Below, piece by piece: positions 1-9,338 of a stretch of 64,000 nt of DNA; the first letter of the stretch is position 1; the number at the start of each line of letters is the position of its first letter. The position numbers and the translations under genes are program-made. The stretch spans positions 31,857 to 95,856 of the forward strand of contig JACRJM010000015.1 in the NCBI GenBank assembly GCA_016219965.1, given 5' to 3'. Source of the DNA: Candidatus Schekmanbacteria bacterium (GTDB taxonomy: Bacteria; Schekmanbacteria; GWA2-38-11; J061). The notes under the pieces were generated by a model, which saw only the letters and a list, made by a program, of their open reading frames with translations, did not search any database and was not told the DNA's origin.

Positions 1-271
1 GATGCTATGATGGATAGCGATAGTGTAACAAAAATTGAGATTATATAACTGGACGTTTCCTTCGATTTTGAATACCCGGATAAGGTTGTTATGCTAATTA
101 TTCCTATATTTTTTGCATTATTAATATCATTTCCAGTAGAAGGGATTATTTTTATAAAAAGGACAGACAAAAAAGCTGAAACTAAAAATAATATAATACA
201 CGTTGAAAGTAAGTTCCATTTTTTTTGATTAAATGTCATCCAGATTGATGTTGCTCTCCACGTTTATTTAG

Positions 272-2116
272 CTATAAACTGGGGAAAATTAATGGTTCTT
301 TATCTTCTATTGGTAAAATATTATTTTTGTGGCCTTCTGTAAATAATTTGGTTTGTGACTTTAAAAATTCAGTCATCTTTATTTCCTTTAATGAGAGATT
401 GAAGCTTTCACTTTGATCTTTCCTGAGATCATACAATTCATCACTTCCCGGTGAATTAAGGATATATTTCCATCTATCAACTCGTAATGCGATCGAACTT
501 ATATAGTAACGATAATCGTATTTTGTTAACAGATCATTTTTGGTAACCTGACTTAAAGTAAATTCCTTAGCGCTGTTTGGATCTGTATTATAGATTAAAG
601 ATAATAGAGATTCACCGCTAAAAAGTTTGTCGCTTTTAACATCAAGTAGTTCTAGAACAGTTGGCATTACATCAATGCTTTCCACACATTGATTTATGAT
701 TGCTGGTTTTTTTATCGTATCAGGGTTCCAAATTATAAGAGGTGTACGAATAACTTCTTCATACACTGTTCTTTCATGTCCCAGGAATCCATGCTCTCCA
801 AACGCCTCACCGTAAGGTGAAGTAATTACTACTATAGTGTTGTTTTTTATTCCTAGCAGTTCAAGCTTTTCAAATAATTCTTCTATCTGGCTGCTGACAT
901 AACTGATCTCACCATCATAAAGATTTACCAAACTCTGAATATCTTCTTTGCTTAGGTCCTTGGTTTCTTTTTTATCAGTATATCCTGTAATATTACTTTT
1001 GTTGCTGCTGACAAATTTACGAGTATAGGGTTCAGGTGCATCATATGGATAACTAGGGTCTACATAATTTATAAACAGAAAGAAATTGTATTCACCATAA
1101 CTATGTAGCCAATTGAAAACAACAGCATTTATTTCTGCTGCTTTTTTTCCTCCAGGAATTTCAATACTTGGAGGCAGCCCAAAAGATTCACTATAAAGTT
1201 TGTTTACGAGAGGGATGAGTATTTTATTAATTATTCTGATAGCGTTTTCCGTCCTTATAAAGCCAATGGAAGTGAAACAATTAAGAAAGCTAAGTTTGTT
1301 GATATAGGGGGTTATGAAAGGGGGAAAATTATCATTGTAAAAATCAAAACCTTTATTTAACTTGGAATTAGTATTTAGACAATTGTTACTAATGAAGGCT
1401 GCTGTCAAATATCCTTTTTCAGAAAGAGTATCTGCTAATGTTTTTTCTTCATCAGGAAGAGAATTAGCCCTAATATCAGGGCATTCAGGTGATCTTATAC
1501 CGTTTGGCGAGTTATTGACCTTATGTTCGAATGGATATTTTGAAGTGAATATTGATGCATAAGATGATAACGCATTTGAAGACTGAGAGACGCAGTTCTT
1601 AAACAAAATCCCGTTTTTTGCAACTGCATCAATGAAAGGAGCTGTTACTCTCGTATATCCATAACATTCCAGATTAGATGGTCTTAATGAGTCCACTGAT
1701 ATGATAATCAAATTTTTCTTTGTTTTCGTAACATTTTTTTGTGGAAAGAAGAATCGTTCACCAGGTATTGGTCCAGAAAAAACAAAAATTGATTCAGCTA
1801 CAACTATTGCAACCAGAGAAAGAAGGAGAAGTTTTGAAAAAAAATAATAAACATAAAATCTTTTTAAAGAAATAATTGGTTTTATGTTGAAAAATGGGAT
1901 AATTATGCTTGCAATAATTGAGACAATTGCACCACTTGCAAACCCAATAAGTATGTATAAAGCTGTAAGACTGGTTAAAAGCGGTTTGGAGTATTTTAAT
2001 ACTGATAAATTGCAATTCCAATCATAAAAAGCCATTATCATTGAAAAAATAATTATGGCCAATAAAATATTTAATGGTCTGGAAAATGTGAATCTGTCGT
2101 CTTTTTGACTAATCAT
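272..2116 (-). CDS. Membrane-anchored sulfatase-like protein (alkaline phosphatase superfamily, PF00884-like); 3-4 N-terminal TM helices
   Basis: Metal-ligand motif VDSLRPSNLECYGY and downstream ASIFTSKYP motif typical of the sulfatase fold. The canonical C/S-x-P-x-R nucleophile motif is replaced by SSNAL. Hydrophobic N-terminus. It is a paralog of the ORF at 27151-29055. Confidence 0.6.
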   Translation of the reverse strand: MISQKDDRFTFSRPLNILLAIIIFSMIMAFYDWNCNLSVLKYSKPLLTSLTALYILIGFASGAIVSIIASIIIPFFNIKPIISLKRFYVYYFFSKLLLLSLVAIVVAESIFVFSGPIPGERFFFPQKNVTKTKKNLIIISVDSLRPSNLECYGYTRVTAPFIDAVAKNGILFKNCVSQSSNALSSYASIFTSKYPFEHKVNNSPNGIRSPECPDIRANSLPDEEKTLADTLSEKGYLTAAFISNNCLNTNSKLNKGFDFYNDNFPPFITPYINKLSFLNCFTSIGFIRTENAIRIINKILIPLVNKLYSESFGLPPSIEIPGGKKAAEINAVVFNWLHSYGEYNFFLFINYVDPSYPYDAPEPYTRKFVSSNKSNITGYTDKKETKDLSKEDIQSLVNLYDGEISYVSSQIEELFEKLELLGIKNNTIVVITSPYGEAFGEHGFLGHERTVYEEVIRTPLIIWNPDTIKKPAIINQCVESIDVMPTVLELLDVKSDKLFSGESLLSLIYNTDPNSAKEFTLSQVTKNDLLTKYDYRYYISSIALRVDRWKYILNSPGSDELYDLRKDQSESFNLSLKEIKMTEFLKSQTKLFTEGHKNNILPIEDKEPLIFPSL

Positions 2117-2207
2117 GGGTTAAATAGTGTTTATTTTTTTATTAGTTTAATTTTCATTAAATTATAAATCAAAATGATTTCTTTTGAAAATAAATAAGGG
2201 GATATTT

Positions 2208-3923
2208 TTACCAAGAATCAATTTTATATATGTTCATCCTTAACCCTCTCTCGTCACCTGCTGTAGTTAACAGATGGACCTTAATATTTTCTATATCCAT
2301 TTTGCTTCTACGCCAAACTTGGTTCCTTATCAAAACTTCCTGTCCAACAATATATTCAATGCCTTCTCTCTTCATATATGTTACCATTATCCCGTTTTTA
2401 CATGCATCCAAAGCATCTTTATTTTGTACTCCGTCAAGATTTATGATTATATAGCCTTTACAGAAATAACCAATTATTCCTGATTCTAATACTCCTATTT
2501 TTGACCCTTGGGGGATATTTTTGTTAATCCATTCAGCTGTTTCGTAATAAAATAGAGGGAAGCTATGTGGTTTTGTGTATGTTTTTAACCCATAAAAATT
2601 ATCTAAGTTTTTTTCATATATAAAAAAATTCAAAAAGAAAATGTAGGTTAGAACAATGACTATTTTAACTATCTTTTTACTGACACCAATCAACGGTAGC
2701 AGTTTATCAAAGATAAGACTGAAAAAAAGTCCGGTATAAATGGCTGCTATTGCAGAAAAAGGGAAATAATATCTAGGATAGTGCCACATTCCAAAGACAT
2801 ACAAAGAATAATTTAGAATAAGAATAAAGGCGAAATAAAGTAGAAAATTCAGTTTCCCAGCTTTAACCAAAAACTCCGCAATCTCCTGTTTAATAGATGT
2901 CTTTTTCTTTAAATAGATAAGAACCGTTAAGATGATGAGAATTAAAAGTGAAATGACTTCAAGTAGTTCATAAGAATATCCGGATAATGTAGATAATTTC
3001 ATAACTAGTGTTCTTATGTAATTTATTGGATATATAAAAAATGCATACATTTTAAATATGGTCAATGAGCCAAGTATATGAATTAGATAGAATTGAACTG
3101 GAGGAGATTCTATAGGGAAAAAAACAGGTGGTGCAGTTGGAACGGAAAAATAAGGACGTATGCCGTTTAATAAGGATATTAGCCGTGCTGCCTGACTGCT
3201 TATTGGGACTATATCTCCCATTCTTATAAAATTAAATAACAACCAAGGAGTTATCATTAGTCCTGCAATAAAATATGGCAGTAAGTCGATTATTCTTTTC
3301 CTTTTTTTTAAAAAAATAAAATCTAGAAAAATTGCAATAGCAAGGAACATTCCATCGACTCTCGCAAGTCCCAAAATCCCAAGCAAAATTCCAAGAACAA
3401 GCAATTTCTTTGAACTTGTCTGCGGATTGTCTCTTATATTTTGTAAATAATAAAATGCACACAAAACAAAAAAGAAACAGGATATAGAAGTTTCAAGACC
3501 ATTCATTCCCATATTAATTACGGTCATTGAAAAACACCAAAGGAAAAGTGAGAAGATAGCAGGTCTGAATCCGACCACGCAATTCACTATTCTGTATATG
3601 AAATAACCGGCAAAAAGATTGAAGATACTGGTTATTGAAATTGCAATCGTAATTGGAGTGAACGGGTTATTACCAAAAAAATAAAATATTGGAGTTAAAA
3701 TCATTAAGTATAAAGGTTGTACACCATTTGTTGGATGTATTCCGTCGACACTTAGACCGATTCCATCAGCAACATTATTAGCGATTTTTAATGTATAAAA
3801 TGAGTCATCTATCATTATCCACCAGTTCATTAAAAACTCCGGACCCTTGCTTATGAGCCAGAATCTGAGAAAGAATCCTAATGCGATAATTAGGATGACT
3901 AATATTTGCTTTCGGTATTTCAC
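2208..3923 (-). CDS. Large polytopic membrane protein (10 or more TM helices) with a C-terminal soluble domain; putative GT-C-like glycosyltransferase or polymerase
   Basis: 571 aa, mostly hydrophobic helices, with a ~150-aa hydrophilic C-terminus. Sits 1 nt downstream of the next membrane-protein gene in the same operon. I see no recognisable catalytic motif. Confidence 0.35.
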   Translation of the reverse strand: MKYRKQILVILIIALGFFLRFWLISKGPEFLMNWWIMIDDSFYTLKIANNVADGIGLSVDGIHPTNGVQPLYLMILTPIFYFFGNNPFTPITIAISITSIFNLFAGYFIYRIVNCVVGFRPAIFSLFLWCFSMTVINMGMNGLETSISCFFFVLCAFYYLQNIRDNPQTSSKKLLVLGILLGILGLARVDGMFLAIAIFLDFIFLKKRKRIIDLLPYFIAGLMITPWLLFNFIRMGDIVPISSQAARLISLLNGIRPYFSVPTAPPVFFPIESPPVQFYLIHILGSLTIFKMYAFFIYPINYIRTLVMKLSTLSGYSYELLEVISLLILIILTVLIYLKKKTSIKQEIAEFLVKAGKLNFLLYFAFILILNYSLYVFGMWHYPRYYFPFSAIAAIYTGLFFSLIFDKLLPLIGVSKKIVKIVIVLTYIFFLNFFIYEKNLDNFYGLKTYTKPHSFPLFYYETAEWINKNIPQGSKIGVLESGIIGYFCKGYIIINLDGVQNKDALDACKNGIMVTYMKREGIEYIVGQEVLIRNQVWRRSKMDIENIKVHLLTTAGDERGLRMNIYKIDSW

Positions 3924-3924
3924 C

Positions 3925-5991
3925 TTATGATCTTCCCTTCAATTTTAATATTTTTGCTTTTCCAAAATCTTTTTCTATATTGTAATTTTTGTTAATAAAT
4001 TCAATCACATCTGGGACTCTTTTTTCAATAGGTATTGGTGCTTCCAAAGCATAATGATAGCTGTAAATAATAAACGCCGGTTTGTTTGCCTCAAGTTCAG
4101 AAAGTAGTTCTTTTCTCATATCAGAAGTTACTGCGTTAAATTCATTTATGAATCTAGTAGGATTAGACCTGTCGCAGAGGAAATAATAAACAGGTTCCCT
4201 TGGAAAAGCATATATATAATCAGTTTCTGAAGTATTGTCTCGAATATAATTTACTACGTTTCTTATATGCTCTGCCCATTCATCAGGTGCTTCTATCTTA
4301 TTAGCTCTTTCAATATTGATAGGTTCCATAATATTTGACTCTTTACTTAAATAATTTAGTGAAAACTTTTCTGATAGAGATGTAAAGAAAAACCTGGGTG
4401 CAACTCCTGGCCATATTATATAGCCAACAATTCCAGAGAGCAAAAAAAGTAAAAATAGGGAATATATAAAAAAAAGTGGAATTCTATTCCTGACTTTTTT
4501 TGAATTTATGATATTTTTAGCAAGCATTGTTGATTCTTTCATAGAAAGAGCCGCAAGAATCATTCCCGGAGGAAGACAAAAAAGATTCCTGTCGAGACCT
4601 GACATCCCAAAAGCTACTTTAAAGTATAAAATGCCAAAAAACAAAAGACCAAAAATTTTTATGTCTTTTTTTTCCCACATATGAAAAATAAATTTTTCTG
4701 ATAAAGTGATTAATAGAATTAAAAAGAAAATAATTGGCCAGTATACTGTTAAGGTTTTTAATAGTTCTTCACCTGTTTTGTAACTTGGAGAATTTAAGAA
4801 AACTGATACAGAGTTCTCGAAATTAGGGAATGGCCTTGAGAATAGTCCAATGCTGTAATATTTGGGGATATCTATCATATATCTGATGTAAAAGGACAAT
4901 GCACCAGTGACATAAAAAAAACTTAGGGAAGGTATTAGTGGAATCATAAGACCAAAAATGAATCGTGGGATTCTGATAAAGTTTTTACTTAGCATCAAAA
5001 CAAACATGCAAGATATAACAGCAATTATTCCTGCGTCATTGCTAAAAAGGAGAGAAATCCCCGCCATGACTCCTGCAAAAAGAATGTTTATCTTTTTCCC
5101 AGAATCGATATATTTGTAAATGAAAAGAAGCGAGGCTAGCCCTGATGCTGCTCTGAAAGTTGTATCGTGAATGGCTGGCAATACAGGGAAGTACATTATT
5201 ATAAAAATAGTCAAAGCTAAAATAGAATACCATTTGCTTTGGAAAATATTTCTAAAAAGGTAATATACAATTATAAAACCCAAAAAATAGAGGCAATAGC
5301 AGAATATTCTGAAAATAAGTATTGAAGGACCAAACAATTTTATGATTAACAAAAGGCTGTATGACATTAGCGGTCCATAAAAACTTAACGTGTCTTTGTA
5401 AAGAACCTTTCCCTTTGCAAGCTCATTTGCCCACGCATAATGCATACCCTCCTCACCGAAGAAGCCCCATGGTGCGAACCATGCTTTAAAAAAGAAATTT
5501 ATGTCGAAACTTAGAAAAAATATTACAACTGGTATAAGAAGATAATAAAAATAATCTTTTTGTATAATACTGGAACCCATTGGGGATAAGTTATCGTTTC
5601 TCATTGGTATATTTAACGTGATTATATCTGATGCATTTTTCTTTTTAGAAAGTAATAGAGCACAAATATAAGCAGATACTAATGCTATTGAGGCTGTTAT
5701 CAATAGCCCTGAAAAATAATAGAATGATTCCAAGTCCTTTGGATACGATGCGTTGACGGCACTGCTTATTATTCCCACCTTTTTGGCTTCTATCAATCCA
5801 GCACTTTCGATAGGGACAGTTTTAATTAGTAAATATGTTAATATAATCCCTACGGTAGCTCCGACAATTGTTGAGATTATTAGGTAGAATCTATTCTGTA
5901 TATTTCTTGCAGTATTACTAATTCTGTTGTGTCTCTCTGAAGCGTTTTTAAGCCAATCCCAAGTATTTAGGTTTTTAATGTTACATTTCAC
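3925..5991 (-). CDS. Large polytopic membrane protein with a C-terminal soluble domain; function unknown (GT-C-like?)
   Basis: 688 aa with many predicted TM segments and a ~170-aa hydrophilic C-terminal domain. Lies between the rSAM gene and the 571-aa membrane protein. Confidence 0.35.
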   Translation of the reverse strand: MKCNIKNLNTWDWLKNASERHNRISNTARNIQNRFYLIISTIVGATVGIILTYLLIKTVPIESAGLIEAKKVGIISSAVNASYPKDLESFYYFSGLLITASIALVSAYICALLLSKKKNASDIITLNIPMRNDNLSPMGSSIIQKDYFYYLLIPVVIFFLSFDINFFFKAWFAPWGFFGEEGMHYAWANELAKGKVLYKDTLSFYGPLMSYSLLLIIKLFGPSILIFRIFCYCLYFLGFIIVYYLFRNIFQSKWYSILALTIFIIMYFPVLPAIHDTTFRAASGLASLLFIYKYIDSGKKINILFAGVMAGISLLFSNDAGIIAVISCMFVLMLSKNFIRIPRFIFGLMIPLIPSLSFFYVTGALSFYIRYMIDIPKYYSIGLFSRPFPNFENSVSVFLNSPSYKTGEELLKTLTVYWPIIFFLILLITLSEKFIFHMWEKKDIKIFGLLFFGILYFKVAFGMSGLDRNLFCLPPGMILAALSMKESTMLAKNIINSKKVRNRIPLFFIYSLFLLFLLSGIVGYIIWPGVAPRFFFTSLSEKFSLNYLSKESNIMEPINIERANKIEAPDEWAEHIRNVVNYIRDNTSETDYIYAFPREPVYYFLCDRSNPTRFINEFNAVTSDMRKELLSELEANKPAFIIYSYHYALEAPIPIEKRVPDVIEFINKNYNIEKDFGKAKILKLKGRS

Positions 5992-6028
5992 TTTACTGCT
6001 ACCTTTTGATTTTCAGGTATGGGATATC

Positions 6029-7402
6029 TCAGTGTTTTATTTTAAAAATATTAAAATCGCTTATTCGTTGTAAAATAAATTTCAACTGTGAAAGCTTGAA
6101 AAATTTTAGCAACGTCAGCATTTGACGCGGTCTGAAGAAGAAACTTCTAAAGGCTTTTGAAGAAGCATTCTGAAGTGTTTTGCTGCTTAAACCTTCAGGG
6201 ATCCATGTCACATCCTGATAACTTCTATAGGATGAAGGAGAGAGATTAGTACTTGCTCCGAGCTTATGAAAAAGTTCTGATCCTGGGAGAAGATCTAAGA
6301 GAAGAAATTGAGCCCTATCGAGAGGAATCTTTTTTGCAAATCTTATAGTTTCGTTTATAGTTTCTTCAGTTTCTCCTGGAAGTCCAAAAATGAAGAACCC
6401 CTGAGTTATAATACCTGCTTTCTTGGATTCTCTTATAGCATATTCAATAATTTCCAAATTTGTTTTTTTATGAATATTATCCAGGATTCTCTGATTCCCG
6501 GATTCAATTCCGAATGCTAAATAATAGCATCCGCTTTCTTTCATAAGTGATAATAATTCAGGCGTAACTGTTTCAACACGAATACCATTAGGGGTAGCCC
6601 AAGATATTTTAAGATTGCGAGCAATAATTTCTTGGCATATTTGTTCTACGTGGCTTTTCTTAAGGGTCAGGTTGTCATCTTCAAAATGAATTTCCTTAAC
6701 TCCGAATTCTTTTACAAGTAACTCTATTTCATCAACTACATTTTTAGGAGATCTGAATCTTATCTTTTGCTTCCATATAAAAGGGCTCGCACAGAATGAA
6801 CATGCAAAAGGGCAACCACGTGATGAAATGATTGGTGCAACTGGAAAGTTTTTTATTAGTCCTCCATGCGGAGCCTTCTCATAAGACTTGGGGTTCATCT
6901 GTTCCCAATCAGGCAATGGGAGGGAATCAATATCTTTTATAAATTCTCGATCTTTTATATTCCCGTTATTAAGTTTGTAAACACCTTTAATATCTCTAGG
7001 AGCTTTAGTTCCTGATGATAGATGATTTGCAAGGTCGAGCATAGATTCTTCTCCCTCGCCGACTACTGCAAAATCAGCTCCGCTTTCTTCCAGAGATTTC
7101 TTTGGTACTGCTGTAACGTGTGGACCACCAATAACGGTAATTATATCTTTTTTTTTACAGCGCCCTATTAAATCACATACTTCAGGATAATAGTCGGTTA
7201 GCACACTGATTCCAACTAATTCACAACCGTATTCCTGGCATATATCTGCAATTTTCTCATTTGAAAGGGCATAGTTTAGTCCATCTAACAATTTTGTTTC
7301 ATTAAATCCATGTTTTTTCAGATATGCTGAAATGTACCCCAATCCCAATGGCGGAGTAATTAAATGAGTGTGATAAGATGGTCTCGCTAAAACTATTTTC
7401 AT
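6029..7402 (-). CDS. B12-binding (class B) radical SAM protein
   Basis: N-terminal cobalamin-binding-like Rossmann region (VIGGPHV, VVGEGEE), then radical SAM Cys triad GCPFACSFC. Shows IW-K-R-RS and ETEET motifs shared with the paralog at 39680-41191. Its start overlaps the upstream oxidoreductase by 4 nt (ATGA). Confidence 0.8.
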   Translation of the reverse strand: MKIVLARPSYHTHLITPPLGLGYISAYLKKHGFNETKLLDGLNYALSNEKIADICQEYGCELVGISVLTDYYPEVCDLIGRCKKKDIITVIGGPHVTAVPKKSLEESGADFAVVGEGEESMLDLANHLSSGTKAPRDIKGVYKLNNGNIKDREFIKDIDSLPLPDWEQMNPKSYEKAPHGGLIKNFPVAPIISSRGCPFACSFCASPFIWKQKIRFRSPKNVVDEIELLVKEFGVKEIHFEDDNLTLKKSHVEQICQEIIARNLKISWATPNGIRVETVTPELLSLMKESGCYYLAFGIESGNQRILDNIHKKTNLEIIEYAIRESKKAGIITQGFFIFGLPGETEETINETIRFAKKIPLDRAQFLLLDLLPGSELFHKLGASTNLSPSSYRSYQDVTWIPEGLSSKTLQNASSKAFRSFFFRPRQMLTLLKFFKLSQLKFILQRISDFNIFKIKH

Positions 7403-8847
7403 TCTAAGCTTTCTATTTTGGCCTGCCTTGCATCATGCTCAAAAATTTCCTCGTCACTTGCAATCCTTAAAATCTCAGTTTTGGGGAGACCAAATAGTAT
7501 ATGTTCTGCGGCAAGAAGACCCATCTCGATGGAATGATCCATATTATTATATCTAAAGAGCCCCTGTCTGCCGCAACAGATTAGGTTCTCGAATGAATTT
7601 ATAAATGGTATGGCTGCTCGAAGATGGTCCTTGTAATCAAGTCTATAAATAGGATAAGCGTGCTCTGTCTTAGTAATAAAATATTCTATGGTATTTTCTT
7701 TTATATCTTTGAATCCTATTTTTGAAAGATCATTTATACATCTTTCATAAATAGCTTTTTTATCTGCATTCCATATTTTATCTCCAATATTACATGCTAT
7801 CTCAAGTATTAGAGAAGTTTTATGAGCAGGTGAACTGTGTGGACTCCAGTTTTTAGGTTCCTGTATACGCATAAATAGATATTCCGATTCAGGTATATAT
7901 ATCCATGTATTGTCAGAAACAATTTCCTTATCAAGAAGTATATTGAGAAATATTAGCGCCCTGAAGGTCATCTTCTTTGAGACTTGAATGAGATGATCTG
8001 GGGCGGGGGGATCAAGCTTTTGTATAAATTCAGGTAGTGGGATTGTTGATATTATAAAGTCTGCTGAAATTTCTTTTTCCTCGTTATCTGAGAAAATAAT
8101 TACGCTAGTAATTTTGTTTCCATTTCGTTTTATTTTTTTTACATTATAAGAGAGAAAAAAATCTCCTTTATTTTCACTTACTATTTCTGCCATTCTTTCA
8201 GGAATTCTACCAATCCCTTTCTCAGGGTAGTAAAATTTTGTTGCATAAGTTTTAGGTGCATTCTTTTTCTTGCCTAAAAGTCTTTTAAATACATCCCAGA
8301 GATTTAGAAGGGAAATTCTTTGGGCTGCCCAATCAGAAGATATTAGAGTTGGTTTTACTCCCCATAGTTTCTCTGAATAAGGACCAAAGTATATGTTGTA
8401 GAGGGATCTTCCAAACCTGTTAACGACCCAATCTTCAAATGAAACATCTTTTTTGTTTAAAAGCTTTCTTGATATGGTTGCTACTATATAATCAAAAAAA
8501 CATTTTATTGAAACAGACAATTTAAGTTTTGTTACGAGATCTTTTGCTTCTAGAGGATAAGAAAAATATTTGCCTTGAAGTCTTATAGTGCTTTTTCTAT
8601 CACGCGTTATTACTTCATCAGACATCAAATTATAAATTTCTTTTGCAAGCTCTACATTTTGAGTTATAAATCTGTGTCCACCAAGATCAAAATGATATTC
8701 TCCATGCCTTATCGTTTGGCAAAGACCTCCGACCTGCGCTTCTTTTTCAACAAAAATTACATGATTGTTTGCTATGGACAGTTTCCACCCTGCGCTTAAT
8801 CCACAAGGCCCAGCTCCAAGTATCAATATTTTTCTTTTTTCGTCCAT
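7399..8847 (-). CDS. FAD/NAD(P)-binding oxidoreductase (amine-oxidase / UDP-galactopyranose-mutase-like Rossmann fold)
   Basis: N-terminal dinucleotide-binding motif ILILGAGPCGLSAG, then VEKE-GG and DLGGHRF, typical of the FAD-dependent amine oxidase/UGM superfamily. First gene of the minus-strand operon. Confidence 0.6.
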   Translation of the reverse strand: MDEKRKILILGAGPCGLSAGWKLSIANNHVIFVEKEAQVGGLCQTIRHGEYHFDLGGHRFITQNVELAKEIYNLMSDEVITRDRKSTIRLQGKYFSYPLEAKDLVTKLKLSVSIKCFFDYIVATISRKLLNKKDVSFEDWVVNRFGRSLYNIYFGPYSEKLWGVKPTLISSDWAAQRISLLNLWDVFKRLLGKKKNAPKTYATKFYYPEKGIGRIPERMAEIVSENKGDFFLSYNVKKIKRNGNKITSVIIFSDNEEKEISADFIISTIPLPEFIQKLDPPAPDHLIQVSKKMTFRALIFLNILLDKEIVSDNTWIYIPESEYLFMRIQEPKNWSPHSSPAHKTSLILEIACNIGDKIWNADKKAIYERCINDLSKIGFKDIKENTIEYFITKTEHAYPIYRLDYKDHLRAAIPFINSFENLICCGRQGLFRYNNMDHSIEMGLLAAEHILFGLPKTEILRIASDEEIFEHDARQAKIESLE

Positions 8848-8905
8848 TATCTTTGTTTGAAATTTTTATTCACTAATCGGGTATGATAACGTACTTTTTA
8901 AATAA

Positions 8906-8938
8906 TATGTGAAACATCTAAGTCATATGTTTGATATA
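8906..8938. promoter_or_regulatory. Inverted repeat TATGTGAAACAT-N7-ATGTTTGATATA (10/12 arms) in a divergent promoter region; candidate operator
   Basis: Read directly from the sequence. Lies 60-90 nt upstream of the minus-strand oxidoreductase start codon. Confidence 0.25.
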
Positions 8939-9181
8939 TTTTTTAATCCTTAAAAATGTTCTGTTATACGTACTATTCTCAATGTAATTTTTTAACTTAT
9001 ACAATAGTAGGTAAATCCTCAAGCTTAATTTACACTTAATATAGAACCTGATTTTAAGAAAACATTGTTTTGGATAAAGTGCTATTTGACAATTATAGGT
9101 AAGAACGTCGAACTTTTATACATTATAACTTGTTGATAATCTATAGTATTTTATAACTTGAACATATTTGTAGCAAAAAAG

Positions 9182-9198
9182 TGTCGGAATTTTAGACA
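9182..9198 (+). promoter_or_regulatory. Palindrome TGTC-N9-GACA followed by a long A/T tract (9200-9235); candidate enhancer (UAS) plus bend site for the sigma-54 promoter downstream
   Basis: TGTCGGAATTTTAGACA sits ~85-100 bp upstream of the -24 element. It is followed by T10-A8-T10, typical of intrinsically bent or IHF-type DNA between UAS and sigma-54 promoters. Confidence 0.3.
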
Positions 9199-9281
9199 GT
9201 TTTTTTTTAAAAAAAATTTTTTTTTGAAAACGCAATATTTTTCCTTTGATAAATCAATATGTTAATTATACTAATGGGAAT

Positions 9282-9296
9282 TGGCACAAATGTTGC
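9282..9296 (+). promoter_or_regulatory. Sigma-54 (RpoN) -24/-12 promoter, TGGCAC-N5-TTGC
   Basis: TGGCACAAATGTTGC gives exact GG-N10-GC spacing and 9/9 of the core consensus, 43 nt upstream of the ATG at 9339. Two sigma-54 activators (PrsR and an NtrC-like protein) are encoded in the window. Confidence 0.55.
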
Positions 9297-9338
9297 TTTA
9301 TTTTTATATACTGTGTGATTTAATATTAAAAAAAGTAT

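Noticed and set aside
1362-1562. Small antisense or embedded ORFs of 60-126 aa, e.g. 1362-1562, 1794-2021, 2230-2483, 3232-3462, 5042-5233, 6308-6520, 8575-8799, 10178-10435, 11165-11359, 11527-12355, 14118-14366, 14787-14972, 22980-23207, 23725-24130, 24584-24901, 25115-25550, 26773-27078, 28160-28434, 29806-30090, 30515-31545, 32257-32612, 34303-34527, 35056-35361, 36140-36715, 37637-38017, 38278-38968, 40537-40770, 41507-41695, 43591-44103, 44898-45790, 47578-47793, 50120-50326, 50977-51292, 52125-52442, 52772-52978, 53791-54003, 54796-55464, 55922-56125, 56337-57893, 58388-59194, 60054-61035, 61223-61651, 61992-62733, 63499-63900
   Set aside because: All lie inside, and mostly antisense to, long well-supported CDSs. 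They have low-complexity or Cys/Ser/Phe-biased composition and no RBS. These are typical shadow ORFs of AT-rich DNA.
6029-8847. Hopanoid side-chain pathway (HpnJ-like rSAM plus HpnE-like FAD oxidase)
   Set aside because: There is no squalene-hopene cyclase, squalene synthase or HpnG/H nearby. The surrounding genes are glycan-related, so a hopanoid assignment is unsupported.
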